Below are positions 28,847-39,362 of a DNA stretch of 64,000 nt, in pieces; position 1 is the first letter of the stretch; each line of letters starts with the position of its first letter. The stretch is from positions 49,158-113,157 of IMG/VR virus record IMGVR_UViG_3300032282_001564; one strand, given 5' to 3'. This stretch comes from a virus. The notes under the pieces are model-generated. The model did no database searches, had not been told where the DNA came from, and saw only the letters and a program-made list of their open reading frames with translations. The position numbers and the translations under genes are program-made.

Positions 28847-29720
28847 ACAAGGCGAACAACGAGATGACCGAACAGGTGTAGGTACTATTAGCCTGTTTGG
28901 CATGCAACAACGCTACGATCTTAGCACAACATTTCCCGCAGTAACAACAAAAAAATTAGCCTGGAAAGCCTGTGTAGGCGAGCTACTATGGATGCTTGAA
29001 GGTTCAGGAAACGAACGTCGTCTTGCTGAGATTACACACGGTGATCCAGAGGGTGCTGTAACTATCTGGACACCAAATGCATTATCGCATTATTGGAAAC
29101 CACACGCACAATACGAAGGCGACCTAGGCCGTGTATACGGTGTACAATGGCGTCACTGGCGTACAGTACAACACGTTAAAACTGGTAGCATTAAAAATGA
29201 AATGGGCAGTTACTTTAGTATCCAGGGTGGTATTCACGAAGTTGAAACTGACCAACTTAGAACATTAATTGAAGGTATTAAGCGAGACCCACACGGACGT
29301 CGACATATATTATCTGCATGGAATCCGGGCGAGATAGAAGCCATGGCCCTGCCACCGTGTCATGTCTTAGCACAGTTTTATGTAAGTAAAGACAACAGAT
29401 TAAGTTGTCAAATGTATCAACGCAGTTGTGACATGTTTTTAGGTGTCCCCTTTAATATCGCAAGCTACAGCCTACTAACGGCCATGATAGCTCAAGTGTG
29501 CGACCTACAGGTCGGGGAGTTCGTTCACGTTCTCGGCGATGCACACATCTACCTAAACCATGTTGAACAGGTAAAAGAACAGCTAACACGTGAACCATTA
29601 CCTGCACCGACTCTTCGTCTTAATCCTGATATCAAAGATATTACTAAGTTTACCATGGCAGACATTAGTTTAGAGGGTTATACAAGCCACGGCACTATCA
29701 AAGCAGAAATGGCAGTATGA
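28809..29720 (+). CDS. thyA: Thymidylate synthase
   Basis: 'DRTGVGT', 'YGVQWR', 'MALPPCH', 'YQRSCDMFLGVPFNIASY', 'GDAHIY'. Confidence 0.97.
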   Translation: MIQYLNALKQVLEQGEQRDDRTGVGTISLFGMQQRYDLSTTFPAVTTKKLAWKACVGELLWMLEGSGNERRLAEITHGDPEGAVTIWTPNALSHYWKPHAQYEGDLGRVYGVQWRHWRTVQHVKTGSIKNEMGSYFSIQGGIHEVETDQLRTLIEGIKRDPHGRRHILSAWNPGEIEAMALPPCHVLAQFYVSKDNRLSCQMYQRSCDMFLGVPFNIASYSLLTAMIAQVCDLQVGEFVHVLGDAHIYLNHVEQVKEQLTREPLPAPTLRLNPDIKDITKFTMADISLEGYTSHGTIKAEMAV

Positions 29721-30685
29721 AGTTTTTAATTACAGGTGGTGCTGGCTTTATCGGGCACAACGTAGTACGTCAGCTCGAAGCACAAGGACATGATTGTTTT
29801 ATTTTAGACAACATAACTAATTATGGTTTTATTGATCATGAAGAGCTTCAATACTTAACCAAAGAAAGATCTAATAGAGTACGCAGTACTACACATCATG
29901 TCGATTTACGTGAACATGATCGTGTTAGCAATTTCTTTTTAAATTTTAGTTTTAGTGCAGATGCGGTTATCCATCTTGCCAGTTTTCCGAGACAAAAAGT
30001 AGTCAGTGCTAACCCAGTATGGGGCAGTGAAGTAATGGCAACTAGTTTGGTAAACTTATTAGAACTTACGAAAAAACATAAAATTCCAAAATTCGTTTAT
30101 GTCAGTAGCAGTATGGTTTACGGAGACTTTGACAATGATGTCAAAGAAGAGTATAATTGTAAACCGCAAGGCCAATATGGCATAATGAAATTAATGGGAG
30201 AGCACCTTGTACAAGACTATACTCGTCGTAACTGTTTTGATCACGTTATTATACGGCCCTCTGCTGTATATGGTGAATACGACGTCGAGGACCGGGTGGT
30301 ATCAAAATTTATGCTCACAGCCATGCGAGGAGGCGTTCTTAAAGTTAATGGGTCAAGGGAAACGTTAGACTTTACCTACGTAGAAGATGCGGCTCGTGGT
30401 ATTGTACAGGCTACACTGAGTCCTAATGCTGTAAACAAAACATACAACATTACCAAGAGCCATAGTTATAGTTTGTTGGATGCGGCTAAATTAGCAGTTT
30501 CCATTGTTGGTAATGGAACAATCGAAGTACGTGATAAAGATGCAGACTTTCCATCACGTGGTGCATTAAACATTGATGCGGCACGTAGAGACTTTGGGTT
30601 CAATCCTGAAGTAGATGTTGAAGAAGGATTTAAGCGGTATCATCGTTGGTTTAAGGAATCTAAATTTTGGCAAGGTCGCTTGTAA
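29717..30685 (+). CDS. NAD-dependent epimerase/dehydratase
   Basis: TGGAGFIG, 'SSSMVYG', YxxxK (YGIMK). Confidence 0.9.
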   Translation: MKFLITGGAGFIGHNVVRQLEAQGHDCFILDNITNYGFIDHEELQYLTKERSNRVRSTTHHVDLREHDRVSNFFLNFSFSADAVIHLASFPRQKVVSANPVWGSEVMATSLVNLLELTKKHKIPKFVYVSSSMVYGDFDNDVKEEYNCKPQGQYGIMKLMGEHLVQDYTRRNCFDHVIIRPSAVYGEYDVEDRVVSKFMLTAMRGGVLKVNGSRETLDFTYVEDAARGIVQATLSPNAVNKTYNITKSHSYSLLDAAKLAVSIVGNGTIEVRDKDADFPSRGALNIDAARRDFGFNPEVDVEEGFKRYHRWFKESKFWQGRL

Positions 30686-31782
30686 CGAAAATCCCATTCT
30701 TTGGTGTAGATCGCCAATATAAAGATCTACGCGACGAAATCATCGACGCAGTGGACGAAGTATATCTAACAGGGCAAGTGTTAGACGGTCCTAATACTGT
30801 GGCGTTTGAACAAGAAATAGCACGTCGATGTAACCGTGAATATGCTGTAGCAGTCAATAGCTGTACGCAAGGTTTGATCTTTGCTCAACAAGTGTGCTTG
30901 CCGGCTGAATCTAGAGTATTAATTCCTACACTAAGTTTTGCCGCAACAATCAATTCAGTACTGTATGCTAAACATACTCCGGTATTTTGTGACACTGATA
31001 ACAATGCATTAATTGATTTAGAAACTATGGACATGGCATTAACAGGTGCAGGTGTTAACTGTATCATGTATGCTAACCTGTTTGGACATTGTGTTGATTA
31101 CGATCGTATGCGTGTGCAAACAGAGTTCTTTAACGAAGATATATTTGTTATTGAAGATGCGGCACAATCATTTGGCGCCAAGTATAAAGGTATACCAAGT
31201 GGCAAGCTAGGCGATGTAAGTGTGCTAAGTTTTGATCCTACAAAAAATCTAAACAACTACGGATCCGGCGGTATGGTGCTTACTGACAGTTTTGCTATAT
31301 ACGAAGATCTAATGGACCTGCGTGATAACGGCAAAAAGATGCATCACCAAGCATTTGGCACCAATAGTAAAATGAGTGAAGCTGATTGTTCAGCAATGCT
31401 GATTAAATTGTCTTATTTTGATCTATGGCAAAAGCGTCGACAAAAAATTGCTGAATACTATACTGCCGAATTATCGGAATACGTTGATGTTGCACTACCT
31501 GGTGCCGATGTTGAAAGTGCTTGGTCAAAGTTTGTTATTCGACTAAGTGAGCGACATGCTCTTAAAGAACGTTTAGCAATGGCTGGTATTGAAACTAAGT
31601 TCCACTACGACAAACCATTGTTTGAGTTACACGTTGGGTTTGACTATATTGATTATGCTAGAGAACTGTTTAGGGAATCGACAGCATTTAGTAGAGAGTG
31701 TTTGAGCCTGCCGATATACCCAGAGTTATCAGACAGTGAAGTAACTCGCGTTATTGAAGTTATTGAAGACTTCCTACGTTAG
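30667..31782 (+). CDS. DegT/DnrJ/EryC1/StrS sugar aminotransferase
   Basis: 'AVNSCTQGL', 'IEDAAQSFG', 'SFDPTKNL' (PLP Lys), 'LSLPIYP'. Confidence 0.9.
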   Translation: MARSLVTKIPFFGVDRQYKDLRDEIIDAVDEVYLTGQVLDGPNTVAFEQEIARRCNREYAVAVNSCTQGLIFAQQVCLPAESRVLIPTLSFAATINSVLYAKHTPVFCDTDNNALIDLETMDMALTGAGVNCIMYANLFGHCVDYDRMRVQTEFFNEDIFVIEDAAQSFGAKYKGIPSGKLGDVSVLSFDPTKNLNNYGSGGMVLTDSFAIYEDLMDLRDNGKKMHHQAFGTNSKMSEADCSAMLIKLSYFDLWQKRRQKIAEYYTAELSEYVDVALPGADVESAWSKFVIRLSERHALKERLAMAGIETKFHYDKPLFELHVGFDYIDYARELFRESTAFSRECLSLPIYPELSDSEVTRVIEVIEDFLR

Positions 31783-33434
31783 CTGGGATAATACTTCCAA
31801 TCCCAGTATCCTTTCAACCACGCCCACTCAAAGCTCAGTTTGAGTTTATCGTAATCTCCCCCGACTTGATTATAGTATAGCACAGCATCATGGGCTCCGG
31901 CCAAACAATATTCAGCAAAATCACCTTCAGCAACTTCGCACCAAGTTGCTAATCTATGACTGGTTTCTACGGTAGGCTCTGTTGCCATAAAGTGCTTGAG
32001 TTTAACTACTTCGCGGAACGCAGTACGCCAGGTCATCCACGGTGTTTGATTAAAGTGTGCAATTCCTGACAATATAGGTACAGACTCATGTGGCTGACTT
32101 AGAGTAAAATCGATGCCAGGTGTATTGTTTTCAAGTACTAACTTTTTATTGTATGCAATAATACCTTGATGTCCGTACTCTAATCCATTTACAGGATTAC
32201 GACTGTTAAAGATATAGTGTTTAGGTTCTTGGAAATAATCTGGTTGCCAATCAAACCAAGGGAACTCACTACCTAGTACTTCTAGTTTGGCAAACACCGC
32301 AAAGAACCACAGAGTGTCACTACGACGTGCGGCTTCTTGGTAAGCGGCAGTACGCCCATTTACTCCACGTACCCATTTTGCATCAGTGTTGCTCATATAG
32401 CATAAGTGCTCATACCAGCGTTCTTCATCTGGTTCGCCGTTACTGATATAAACTATGTCTAACCCGGAAAAATCTCTATCCTTGTGGTATTCGTTTACTT
32501 GATAAACCGACGTTTCGAGGTAAGGATAATCGTAGATTTGCCGCTTAAGGTGTCGCTTTATATCGCGTGGTATCAGTGCCGTAGCGCCACTGCGACTACA
32601 ACGTTCTACAACACGGTCTTTTTCAGTCCACAAGCAAGGGGAAGGAGAAAAACGCATATCCTTTTGATTAGTGAACAGCACGTAAGGTGTTTCGAATTTG
32701 TAATTTTTTACTTCGGTTACCAGATCATCGGAATCATAATAGTAGGCCGGCGTATCAAAACGATCTACATACTGATCATCACAATAGTTTATAACATTAA
32801 ACCAATCTAGCAATTCTAACTCGATCATTTGCTGTTTAAATGATTCTACGTGTATATAGAATGTGTCGCCACGCTCTTGCATACCACTAGGAAAGCAATG
32901 AATCATTTCACGTTGAAATTCATCTGGGTGCCAGGTAAAGTCAAATGTAGTATAGTCACAAACACTATTAATAATCCAAACAAATTCGGTAGTAGCTACA
33001 TTCATAATACGTTTGAATGTATCTAGGTAATTATCTACGAATCTAGTTTTGTGTATGTTTGGATTAAACTCTTTAAGTACATCAAATTGGTGCCGTGCTA
33101 TACTACCGTTGCCATGATCAACATAATAAATGTCAGCATGGTTCACCCGCCTGTTAATTATTTTAGGCAAATAATGTTTTGGTGCATCGGGATTGGATTT
33201 ACAGCCTAGGTATACATCGCCGTTGCGTTGATGTTGACTTTCCCAGACATGAGTAAAATTGCTTTCCCATGGCGGCGGTGTATAATCAAAGTCGAACCCG
33301 CGGTAGTCATTACCCCCATAAATATACCAGTAGTGTGCTGTACGAGATTGTCGTGCGGCATCGGCTAAGTCTATAGCTGGTTTTTCAAATTCAACAATGT
33401 TGGGTTTTGGTCCCCAATAAAAAACATCAAACAT
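31779..33434 (-). CDS. Multi-repeat glycosyltransferase-like protein
   Basis: Repeated 'T..xWI...DY..FDF.W.P' units; C-terminal domain homologous to 5847-6743 ('DIVYISNGEP', 'TWRTAFREVVKL'). ATG at 33434. Confidence 0.6.
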   Translation of the reverse strand: MFDVFYWGPKPNIVEFEKPAIDLADAARQSRTAHYWYIYGGNDYRGFDFDYTPPPWESNFTHVWESQHQRNGDVYLGCKSNPDAPKHYLPKIINRRVNHADIYYVDHGNGSIARHQFDVLKEFNPNIHKTRFVDNYLDTFKRIMNVATTEFVWIINSVCDYTTFDFTWHPDEFQREMIHCFPSGMQERGDTFYIHVESFKQQMIELELLDWFNVINYCDDQYVDRFDTPAYYYDSDDLVTEVKNYKFETPYVLFTNQKDMRFSPSPCLWTEKDRVVERCSRSGATALIPRDIKRHLKRQIYDYPYLETSVYQVNEYHKDRDFSGLDIVYISNGEPDEERWYEHLCYMSNTDAKWVRGVNGRTAAYQEAARRSDTLWFFAVFAKLEVLGSEFPWFDWQPDYFQEPKHYIFNSRNPVNGLEYGHQGIIAYNKKLVLENNTPGIDFTLSQPHESVPILSGIAHFNQTPWMTWRTAFREVVKLKHFMATEPTVETSHRLATWCEVAEGDFAEYCLAGAHDAVLYYNQVGGDYDKLKLSFEWAWLKGYWDWKYYPS

Positions 33435-34587
33435 GTATAATATCGCCAATCATTACGAAAACATATACCAACACCTACGCACTATTATAGCAGATCCTCG
33501 CCTGGCATATCTACATCCTTTTGGATCAACTCAACCAGAAAACATAGAATTGTTTATCAATAAAAATGATACTAGACTACGTAAAGATCCTATATTCATT
33601 TTTTACGATCAAGAACCATTGGACTTAGAATATAACCGAGCGGTCTTTGACAGTATAATACAACGTACAGCGGCTCCGTATATATTAGTTAGCACTGAAA
33701 AAACCAGCGAAGAAAAGAACCGCATACTAGAAGCATATCCATTTGCCGATGTTAATTATTTCTTTCACGTCTTTGCCGCTGCCGATTGGTTTCGCGGACA
33801 CAAGTATTTGCCGGGATTGCGTTTGCCCAGTGATAGGACTTTAAACAAAACATATATTACATTTAATCGACTAACTAGCAATAAACGTGTTTACCGCAGT
33901 TTATTAATCAGTGAGCTTTACAAAAATGATTTATTAAAAGCCGGGCACGTTAGTTTTAGCAAGGATTGTCCCGATGGCGGAAACTTTGCCGACAATTTAA
34001 AATCTAGCGGGTTAGATAATGTACTAGTTGAAGAAGCTATAGCAAACATTGGCAATCTACCTGAGCTACGTATAGACTACTTAGATCAACACATACCAAA
34101 TCAAAGTATGTTATTAACACCTATGCACGAGTTAATGGAAAGTTTTGTATTCCTAGTAACAGAGACTTGTTACTTTGAAAGTAAAACACATTTGACTGAA
34201 AAAATATTTAAACCTATTGCACTACGCATGCCATTCTTGCTGTTAGGTTGTGCTAACAATTTAGAATACTTACGCAGTTATGGATTTAAAACGTTCAGTG
34301 ATTTTTGGGATGAAAGTTACGACACTATAGAAGATCCGGTACTACGTCTACGGGCAGTTGTTGATATTGTAAAAGATTTATCAAATATGAGTCCTGCACA
34401 ACAACAAGCAATGTTACGAGATATGATACCTATACTAGAACACAACTATCAACGTTTTGCCGATGGCAGTTTAGTACGAGATGAATGGAATTCATTGACC
34501 AGCAGTCTTAACAACATTGCCAAACTTTACGAGTTTAAACCACCCTATCGTCCTAACACAAGATTAGGGCAAGCGATTCCATGCTAA
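33433..34587 (+). CDS. Hypothetical glycosyltransferase-like protein (TEK...KP...PF family)
   Basis: 'LVTET...LTEKIFKPIALRMPFLL...GFKTFSDFWDESYD'; paralog of 12962-13903. Confidence 0.55.
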   Translation: MYNIANHYENIYQHLRTIIADPRLAYLHPFGSTQPENIELFINKNDTRLRKDPIFIFYDQEPLDLEYNRAVFDSIIQRTAAPYILVSTEKTSEEKNRILEAYPFADVNYFFHVFAAADWFRGHKYLPGLRLPSDRTLNKTYITFNRLTSNKRVYRSLLISELYKNDLLKAGHVSFSKDCPDGGNFADNLKSSGLDNVLVEEAIANIGNLPELRIDYLDQHIPNQSMLLTPMHELMESFVFLVTETCYFESKTHLTEKIFKPIALRMPFLLLGCANNLEYLRSYGFKTFSDFWDESYDTIEDPVLRLRAVVDIVKDLSNMSPAQQQAMLRDMIPILEHNYQRFADGSLVRDEWNSLTSSLNNIAKLYEFKPPYRPNTRLGQAIPC

Positions 34588-34740
34588 CTCGTGTATGTAA
34601 TACAGTATAGTATTTGCTATTATTTGAGCAATGGCAATGCTTGTGGCGACAAACATTTGCCCTGTGACTATATAACTAATTAGGAATGTACTAGTTGACC
34701 CAACTACTCGCCAGGTTAATGTTTTCCATACTGTTCTCAT
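34564..34740 (-). CDS. DUF2061-like small membrane protein, absent from the ORF track
   Basis: MRTVWKTLTWRVVGSTST...YYIHELAWNRLP; the K..(T/S)WR...HE..W pattern; coupled to the APS kinase. Confidence 0.75.
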   Translation of the reverse strand: MRTVWKTLTWRVVGSTSTFLISYIVTGQMFVATSIAIAQIIANTILYYIHELAWNRLP

Positions 34741-35528
34741 TTTAAGCCAAGTTCTCGACGTATATTAGTAGCACTAATAGCACCAATTTCCTCGTCTGGT
34801 ACTTCTTCTGCGTGTGTATATCCAACTCCGCGACCCCAACCAATGTGTACAATATTAGGTACTACCTGGATATCATATTGTCCTTGATATAGTGGATCTA
34901 GGTCACGCTTGATAAAGCTCTTGACCTTTTCGACTTCAAAAGGATTACTACCTTGCCAGCCCTGTACATCGCGTATCTGTATAATAACTTGTCCTGTACG
35001 TGCCAACAGGCGTTCAAACAACCAACGATGTCCATCGTGCCAAGGTTGCCAACGACCTAACATCTGTACAGTTTCTTTACGCCAATCAAACACAGGACGT
35101 CTACGATTATCAACAATATGGTCGGCAACAAAGTCTGCCCACTTAGTGGCATTCTGTTCATTAATACGGAAATCATAAATTTCTGGCTCAACAAACATTC
35201 GGTTTGTGTCGGCATATCGACCTTCCCGGATAGTGTCCATCCAGACTGTCCAGTCTGCTTTGAAATTATTACGCATTTCAACTAAAGGTGCAACAAAGTC
35301 GCATAATGCATAGTCGGTATTACAAGTAGCAGACAAATCGTACATACGCTTACTTTGACGAATACGACCTGCTTCGCTAAAATCCCAATCATCAAATTGT
35401 TTGCGTACTTCGTCAGCATTAAACCATGTTACGGTTTTGCCACAGTCTTCTAATAGCTTTTTTAGTTCTGTTGCTAGTGTTGTTTTACCAGAGCCAGGAA
35501 GGCCCATAATTAAAATACGTTGTGTCAT
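34737..35528 (-). CDS. Adenylyl-sulfate kinase-like domain fused to a cytidylyltransferase-like domain
   Basis: GLPGSGKT, 'NADEVR', 'DFSEAGR' (CysC-like); C-terminal 'GRWQPWHDGH' HxGH motif. Confidence 0.8.
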   Translation of the reverse strand: MTQRILIMGLPGSGKTTLATELKKLLEDCGKTVTWFNADEVRKQFDDWDFSEAGRIRQSKRMYDLSATCNTDYALCDFVAPLVEMRNNFKADWTVWMDTIREGRYADTNRMFVEPEIYDFRINEQNATKWADFVADHIVDNRRRPVFDWRKETVQMLGRWQPWHDGHRWLFERLLARTGQVIIQIRDVQGWQGSNPFEVEKVKSFIKRDLDPLYQGQYDIQVVPNIVHIGWGRGVGYTHAEEVPDEEIGAISATNIRRELGLK

Positions 35529-37000
35529 GAGTGTACCTTTACGTTATAGAGTTTTTCAAAGCGATCTGCATCTGCACGGTCATTGACCATTGGCTCGCCT
35601 TTAATGTTAAGACTTGTGTTTAGTAGCATTGGACAACCTGTTACAACGTACCATTTTTCTAGTAGTTCCCGGATCCCCGACCCGTCTCTGGAGACAGTTT
35701 GCACCCGACTAGTATTATCGTGATGAGTGATAGCAGGGAATAAAACCGGATGTTTACATACTCCCACGGACTGCATGTAAGGACTATCCACAAAACCACG
35801 TGGCATATCAAAATAATCGTGAACGTGCTCGGCCAGTATGACCGGGGCGAATGGTCTAAATTTTTGTCTTCGTTTGATTTCATTTACTCGATCCTTTATA
35901 TCTTGTCCTCGGGGGTCGGCGAGGAGACTTCTATTCCCAAGTGCCCTTGGCCCAAACTCTGCTTTACCGGAAGCAACTCCAACGATTTTATCGCGGAGTA
36001 AACTATCGAGGACGGCATTAACAGGGTATGGACCGCTAATCTCTCTACCGAGAAATGCATCTTTAAATTGGATCTTACCACCGTAGGCAAGAGCTCCAGC
36101 GCCAAGGCTAGAACCAGCATCGCCAGGATTAGGCATAATCCAAATTTTTTCAAAATATTCACCAAGGTTTCTATTAGCTAAACAATTTAGGGCAACACCG
36201 CCCATGTACACCAAATTTGTGCTCCAGCCAAAGTCCTTTGCCCGACGCATTACATTATATATCAAATTTTCTGCCAATGACTGTGCTGAACTGGCAATAT
36301 GCATGTCTTCGAAGCTTTCTGTGTAATCCCTAGCAATGCCAGTGTGCATATTCTCATTAAATCTTATGTCGTATTCGTTTTCTACTAAATCCATCTTCAT
36401 TACTGAGCTTATGTTTTTGCTACCATAAGCGGCCATGCCCATTAGTATGTATTCTTCTTCATTGGGTTTTAAGCCAACTTGTTGTGTCATAGCACTATAA
36501 AAGAGTCCTATGCTGTGTGGATAGCGTTGTCCCCATAAACGATGATATTGGGCTCGTCCATCTACGTAGTGAGCACCCCATATACTAATTGTGTCCCATT
36601 CCCCAATAGCATCAATTACAACTACTGTGGCCTTGTTAAATGTGCTTGTTTGAAATCCCGCGGCCGCATGGCTTAGGTGATGATTGTGACTACTATATTC
36701 AGGGAATTTTATACCGCCAAGTTGTTTGTTTAATACTTGCTTTAAGGTGATCTTATCCCACTCAACACCTTCACTGCTGTATAGTCTGCGTAATTGTTTT
36801 GCCCAAGGACGCTCATAATAAGCAACGTGTACAATAGGACTGTGTTCCATAACATCGTCAATTAGCCCCGATGCAAGATTGGCATCGTTTTTAATTTTGC
36901 TGTAACGCTCTGAGTGCCCGGCAAACAGTATCTCGCCGTATTCGTTAATTACAGTTGCGGAGGCATCATGAAACCCAGCCGAGATTCCTAATATGTTCAT
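35525..37000 (-). CDS. Carbamoyltransferase (NodU/CmcH family)
   Basis: 'HDAS', 'HHLSHAA', 'DAIGE', 'GGVALNC', 'EFGPRALGNRS', 'FRPFAP', 'LNTSLN'. Confidence 0.95.
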   Translation of the reverse strand: MNILGISAGFHDASATVINEYGEILFAGHSERYSKIKNDANLASGLIDDVMEHSPIVHVAYYERPWAKQLRRLYSSEGVEWDKITLKQVLNKQLGGIKFPEYSSHNHHLSHAAAGFQTSTFNKATVVVIDAIGEWDTISIWGAHYVDGRAQYHRLWGQRYPHSIGLFYSAMTQQVGLKPNEEEYILMGMAAYGSKNISSVMKMDLVENEYDIRFNENMHTGIARDYTESFEDMHIASSAQSLAENLIYNVMRRAKDFGWSTNLVYMGGVALNCLANRNLGEYFEKIWIMPNPGDAGSSLGAGALAYGGKIQFKDAFLGREISGPYPVNAVLDSLLRDKIVGVASGKAEFGPRALGNRSLLADPRGQDIKDRVNEIKRRQKFRPFAPVILAEHVHDYFDMPRGFVDSPYMQSVGVCKHPVLFPAITHHDNTSRVQTVSRDGSGIRELLEKWYVVTGCPMLLNTSLNIKGEPMVNDRADADRFEKLYNVKVHS

Positions 37001-37625
37001 TGATCTTTTCTGCTATTCTTTTGTGTCCTAACTCTAGTGGATGTCCACCCGGGCCTTTAGGACAATCGCCCTGCCAATCTATCATTCCCCATCTAGGCCA
37101 TTCAACATAGTATCTAGGATCTACTTGCATAATTAAATTTACTAGTTTTAAAGAAAATTCATTATACAATTCTTCTCTTAGGTCCGACCACATGCCAAAC
37201 GTGCTACAAAATAAGTAAGGTTTTTCAATTTGTTTTAGATAGCTTTGCAACATAATGATTTGTCTAAACCAACGTTGGTAACTATAAAGTCTATCATAAT
37301 GTAATTTATAATATTCTTCTACCCAGCCAATTTTTCTTTTGCGAGCAGTATTAACATTAACATCCAATAATTCATTTTGATAAGGAACTTCAAAGCGGTC
37401 TGGCTGAGTCCATGCAACTACAATTAGATCGTAGTTGTTAACTTCTTCAAAAACAATACGGATATTACGGTCGTTACTTCCGCCACCTTTGCCTTGGTTT
37501 GTAACATTCCAGTTATTAGCATCGGCTAATAACACTGGCCAGGCTTGTGTTGCAGGATCTGATAACTCTTCACCTGCGGTAAAACTACATCCTACTGTTA
37601 GTACATTTGGTTTAACTAATGTCAT
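36966..37625 (-). CDS. SGNH hydrolase-like protein
   Basis: 'GCSFTAG', 'GGSNDR', 'GHPLELGH'. Confidence 0.7.
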   Translation of the reverse strand: MTLVKPNVLTVGCSFTAGEELSDPATQAWPVLLADANNWNVTNQGKGGGSNDRNIRIVFEEVNNYDLIVVAWTQPDRFEVPYQNELLDVNVNTARKRKIGWVEEYYKLHYDRLYSYQRWFRQIIMLQSYLKQIEKPYLFCSTFGMWSDLREELYNEFSLKLVNLIMQVDPRYYVEWPRWGMIDWQGDCPKGPGGHPLELGHKRIAEKINEHIRNLGWVS

Positions 37626-38001
37626 TTATATTTTCTAAATTATCTAAGTAGGCTTTTAAATTGTTTCCGTGCAGGGTCAGCATCAATGCTTCCTCTTCTT
37701 CAAATACAATTATTTTTTGTCTCTTTAGTAGATAGTACGGACCCTTAAGGTAACGCTCTAACTGTAGTAAGTTGTGATTTGTTAATTCGTCTGGCAATGA
37801 AAATTCATAGCTTTGCATTTTCAATATAGCTTTGACAAATTGTAAACCTTGTAGACTTAATCTGAGACTGTCAACGTCTGTGGGATTCTGCCACCAGCGT
37901 ATTTGCATATTCCCAGCTTCAGCAACAGGAATATCACCAGCCTTGATAAAAATTTGTGTAAGCTGGCGTTGGGTGTAACGCTTAGGGGTAGATTTTTTCA
38001 C
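37612..38001 (-). CDS. Hypothetical protein
   Basis: 129-aa ORF in the operon. Confidence 0.7.
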   Translation of the reverse strand: MKKSTPKRYTQRQLTQIFIKAGDIPVAEAGNMQIRWWQNPTDVDSLRLSLQGLQFVKAILKMQSYEFSLPDELTNHNLLQLERYLKGPYYLLKRQKIIVFEEEEALMLTLHGNNLKAYLDNLENINDIS

Positions 38002-38269
38002 CGGCTTTTAACAGCACAACGGTGAACTTATCTGTCTTGAATAGTACGTTAAGTTTCTTGGCTAGGTTAATAGCATGACCAGGATTACTGAAACTTACCT
38101 TTTTGTACTTAGGTCCAGGGTATGAAACAAGTATGTTGTGAGTTTTTAAATTAATAGGTTGATTGTCGTAAAAGACCGCCCAGATTCCTTCGGAGCTCAA
38201 TACCTGTTCGCTCTTGTAGTTTGTTTTATTAACGTGGTCCAACAACACAGTTGGTTTTGGTCTTGACAT
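37982..38269 (-). CDS. Hypothetical protein
   Basis: 'MSRPKP...GPKYKKVSFSNPGHAINLA'. Confidence 0.75.
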   Translation of the reverse strand: MSRPKPTVLLDHVNKTNYKSEQVLSSEGIWAVFYDNQPINLKTHNILVSYPGPKYKKVSFSNPGHAINLAKKLNVLFKTDKFTVVLLKAGEKIYP

Positions 38270-38318
38270 TTCAAATATCCTTGATATACAATTTATTTAT
38301 CACAGTAATATACGTAGT

Positions 38319-38537
38319 TTATTTAAAAGTGCCACCATTTAATGATACCGTTATATTATTGTCAGCATTGCCGGTATTTTTTGCTAGGTTACTAATAGTG
38401 GCCATTAAATCAAAAATTTCAGCGTGTAAACTACGAGCTTCTTGCGTATTTAAGGTAATAACTTTACCATTGGTTTGATTCATGGTCCTTACCTTGTCAT
38501 TAAACTGTTTAATGTGAAAAGGTAAGTTATTGTCCAT
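38319..38537 (-). CDS. Hypothetical protein
   Basis: 72-aa ORF. Confidence 0.7.
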   Translation of the reverse strand: MDNNLPFHIKQFNDKVRTMNQTNGKVITLNTQEARSLHAEIFDLMATISNLAKNTGNADNNITVSLNGGTFK

Positions 38538-39003
38538 TGGCTTCTTTCATTGATTCAATCATACGTTCTTGTGTTTTAAACGGACCTTGATATTCATAAC
38601 GATTTAGTGTAATAAGTTTTGGACAATATGCACGAACCCAGGTGCTACTAAATTTGATGATATAATAACCGGCACAAAAGAAACTCTTAGACTTTGCACC
38701 TTTTGTATAGATAGGCAAATAGCGTTGAACATCAAGTACTTGATTGTGTGGGAAAGTATTAGTAGGATATCCGTATACATCATAAACATCAAGTTTGACT
38801 TTTTTAGTTTTCTCTGGTTTAGCAAATTCAATATTGTATTTCTTGCTTAGTAATTTAATACTAGGAAAAATTTCTCTTTGATTGTCATGAATATATACAA
38901 CTCCGCCTTCGTCGATAGTCATGATATTACCGACCTTGGATCCTTCGGACTCAACAATCCAAATTTTATTTTTTACAACTGGTTTTGCAATTAGTTCGGT
39001 CAT
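38527..39003 (-). CDS. Hypothetical protein
   Basis: ATG at 39003; 'SFFCAGYY...YCPKLITL'. Confidence 0.75.
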   Translation of the reverse strand: MTELIAKPVVKNKIWIVESEGSKVGNIMTIDEGGVVYIHDNQREIFPSIKLLSKKYNIEFAKPEKTKKVKLDVYDVYGYPTNTFPHNQVLDVQRYLPIYTKGAKSKSFFCAGYYIIKFSSTWVRAYCPKLITLNRYEYQGPFKTQERMIESMKEANGQ

Positions 39004-39362
39004 AATACAATTAATCCTATAATTAGTAAGTATGTCAAGTAGTGTAGGCATTGGTCTGCACCAAACCACACCCAGAACATACGATCCGCAGTAGTTAGTC
39101 CGCGGCTGAGCTGATGTTTAAGCCAGTCAATATGATAATGTAAAACACCATCAATAAGACCGAGTATCATAATATCTAAGAATGTTGCACATACAAACGC
39201 AGTAACAATCATAGTACCAACAGCATGATACAACGCATGATGGATACCACCGGGCATTCCATACACACCCTTTTGTTCAATCATGTAAGGGTATTGCCAA
39301 ACAAAGTCGCAAAGAAAATGTTTTATTCCAAACAACGTTAATAGTGTTAGTATGGTAATCAT
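39000..39362 (-). CDS. DUF3307-like membrane protein
   Basis: 'KHFLCDF..Q', 'HYHIDWLK', 'GADQCLH'. Confidence 0.8.
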   Translation of the reverse strand: MITILTLLTLFGIKHFLCDFVWQYPYMIEQKGVYGMPGGIHHALYHAVGTMIVTAFVCATFLDIMILGLIDGVLHYHIDWLKHQLSRGLTTADRMFWVWFGADQCLHYLTYLLIIGLIVL

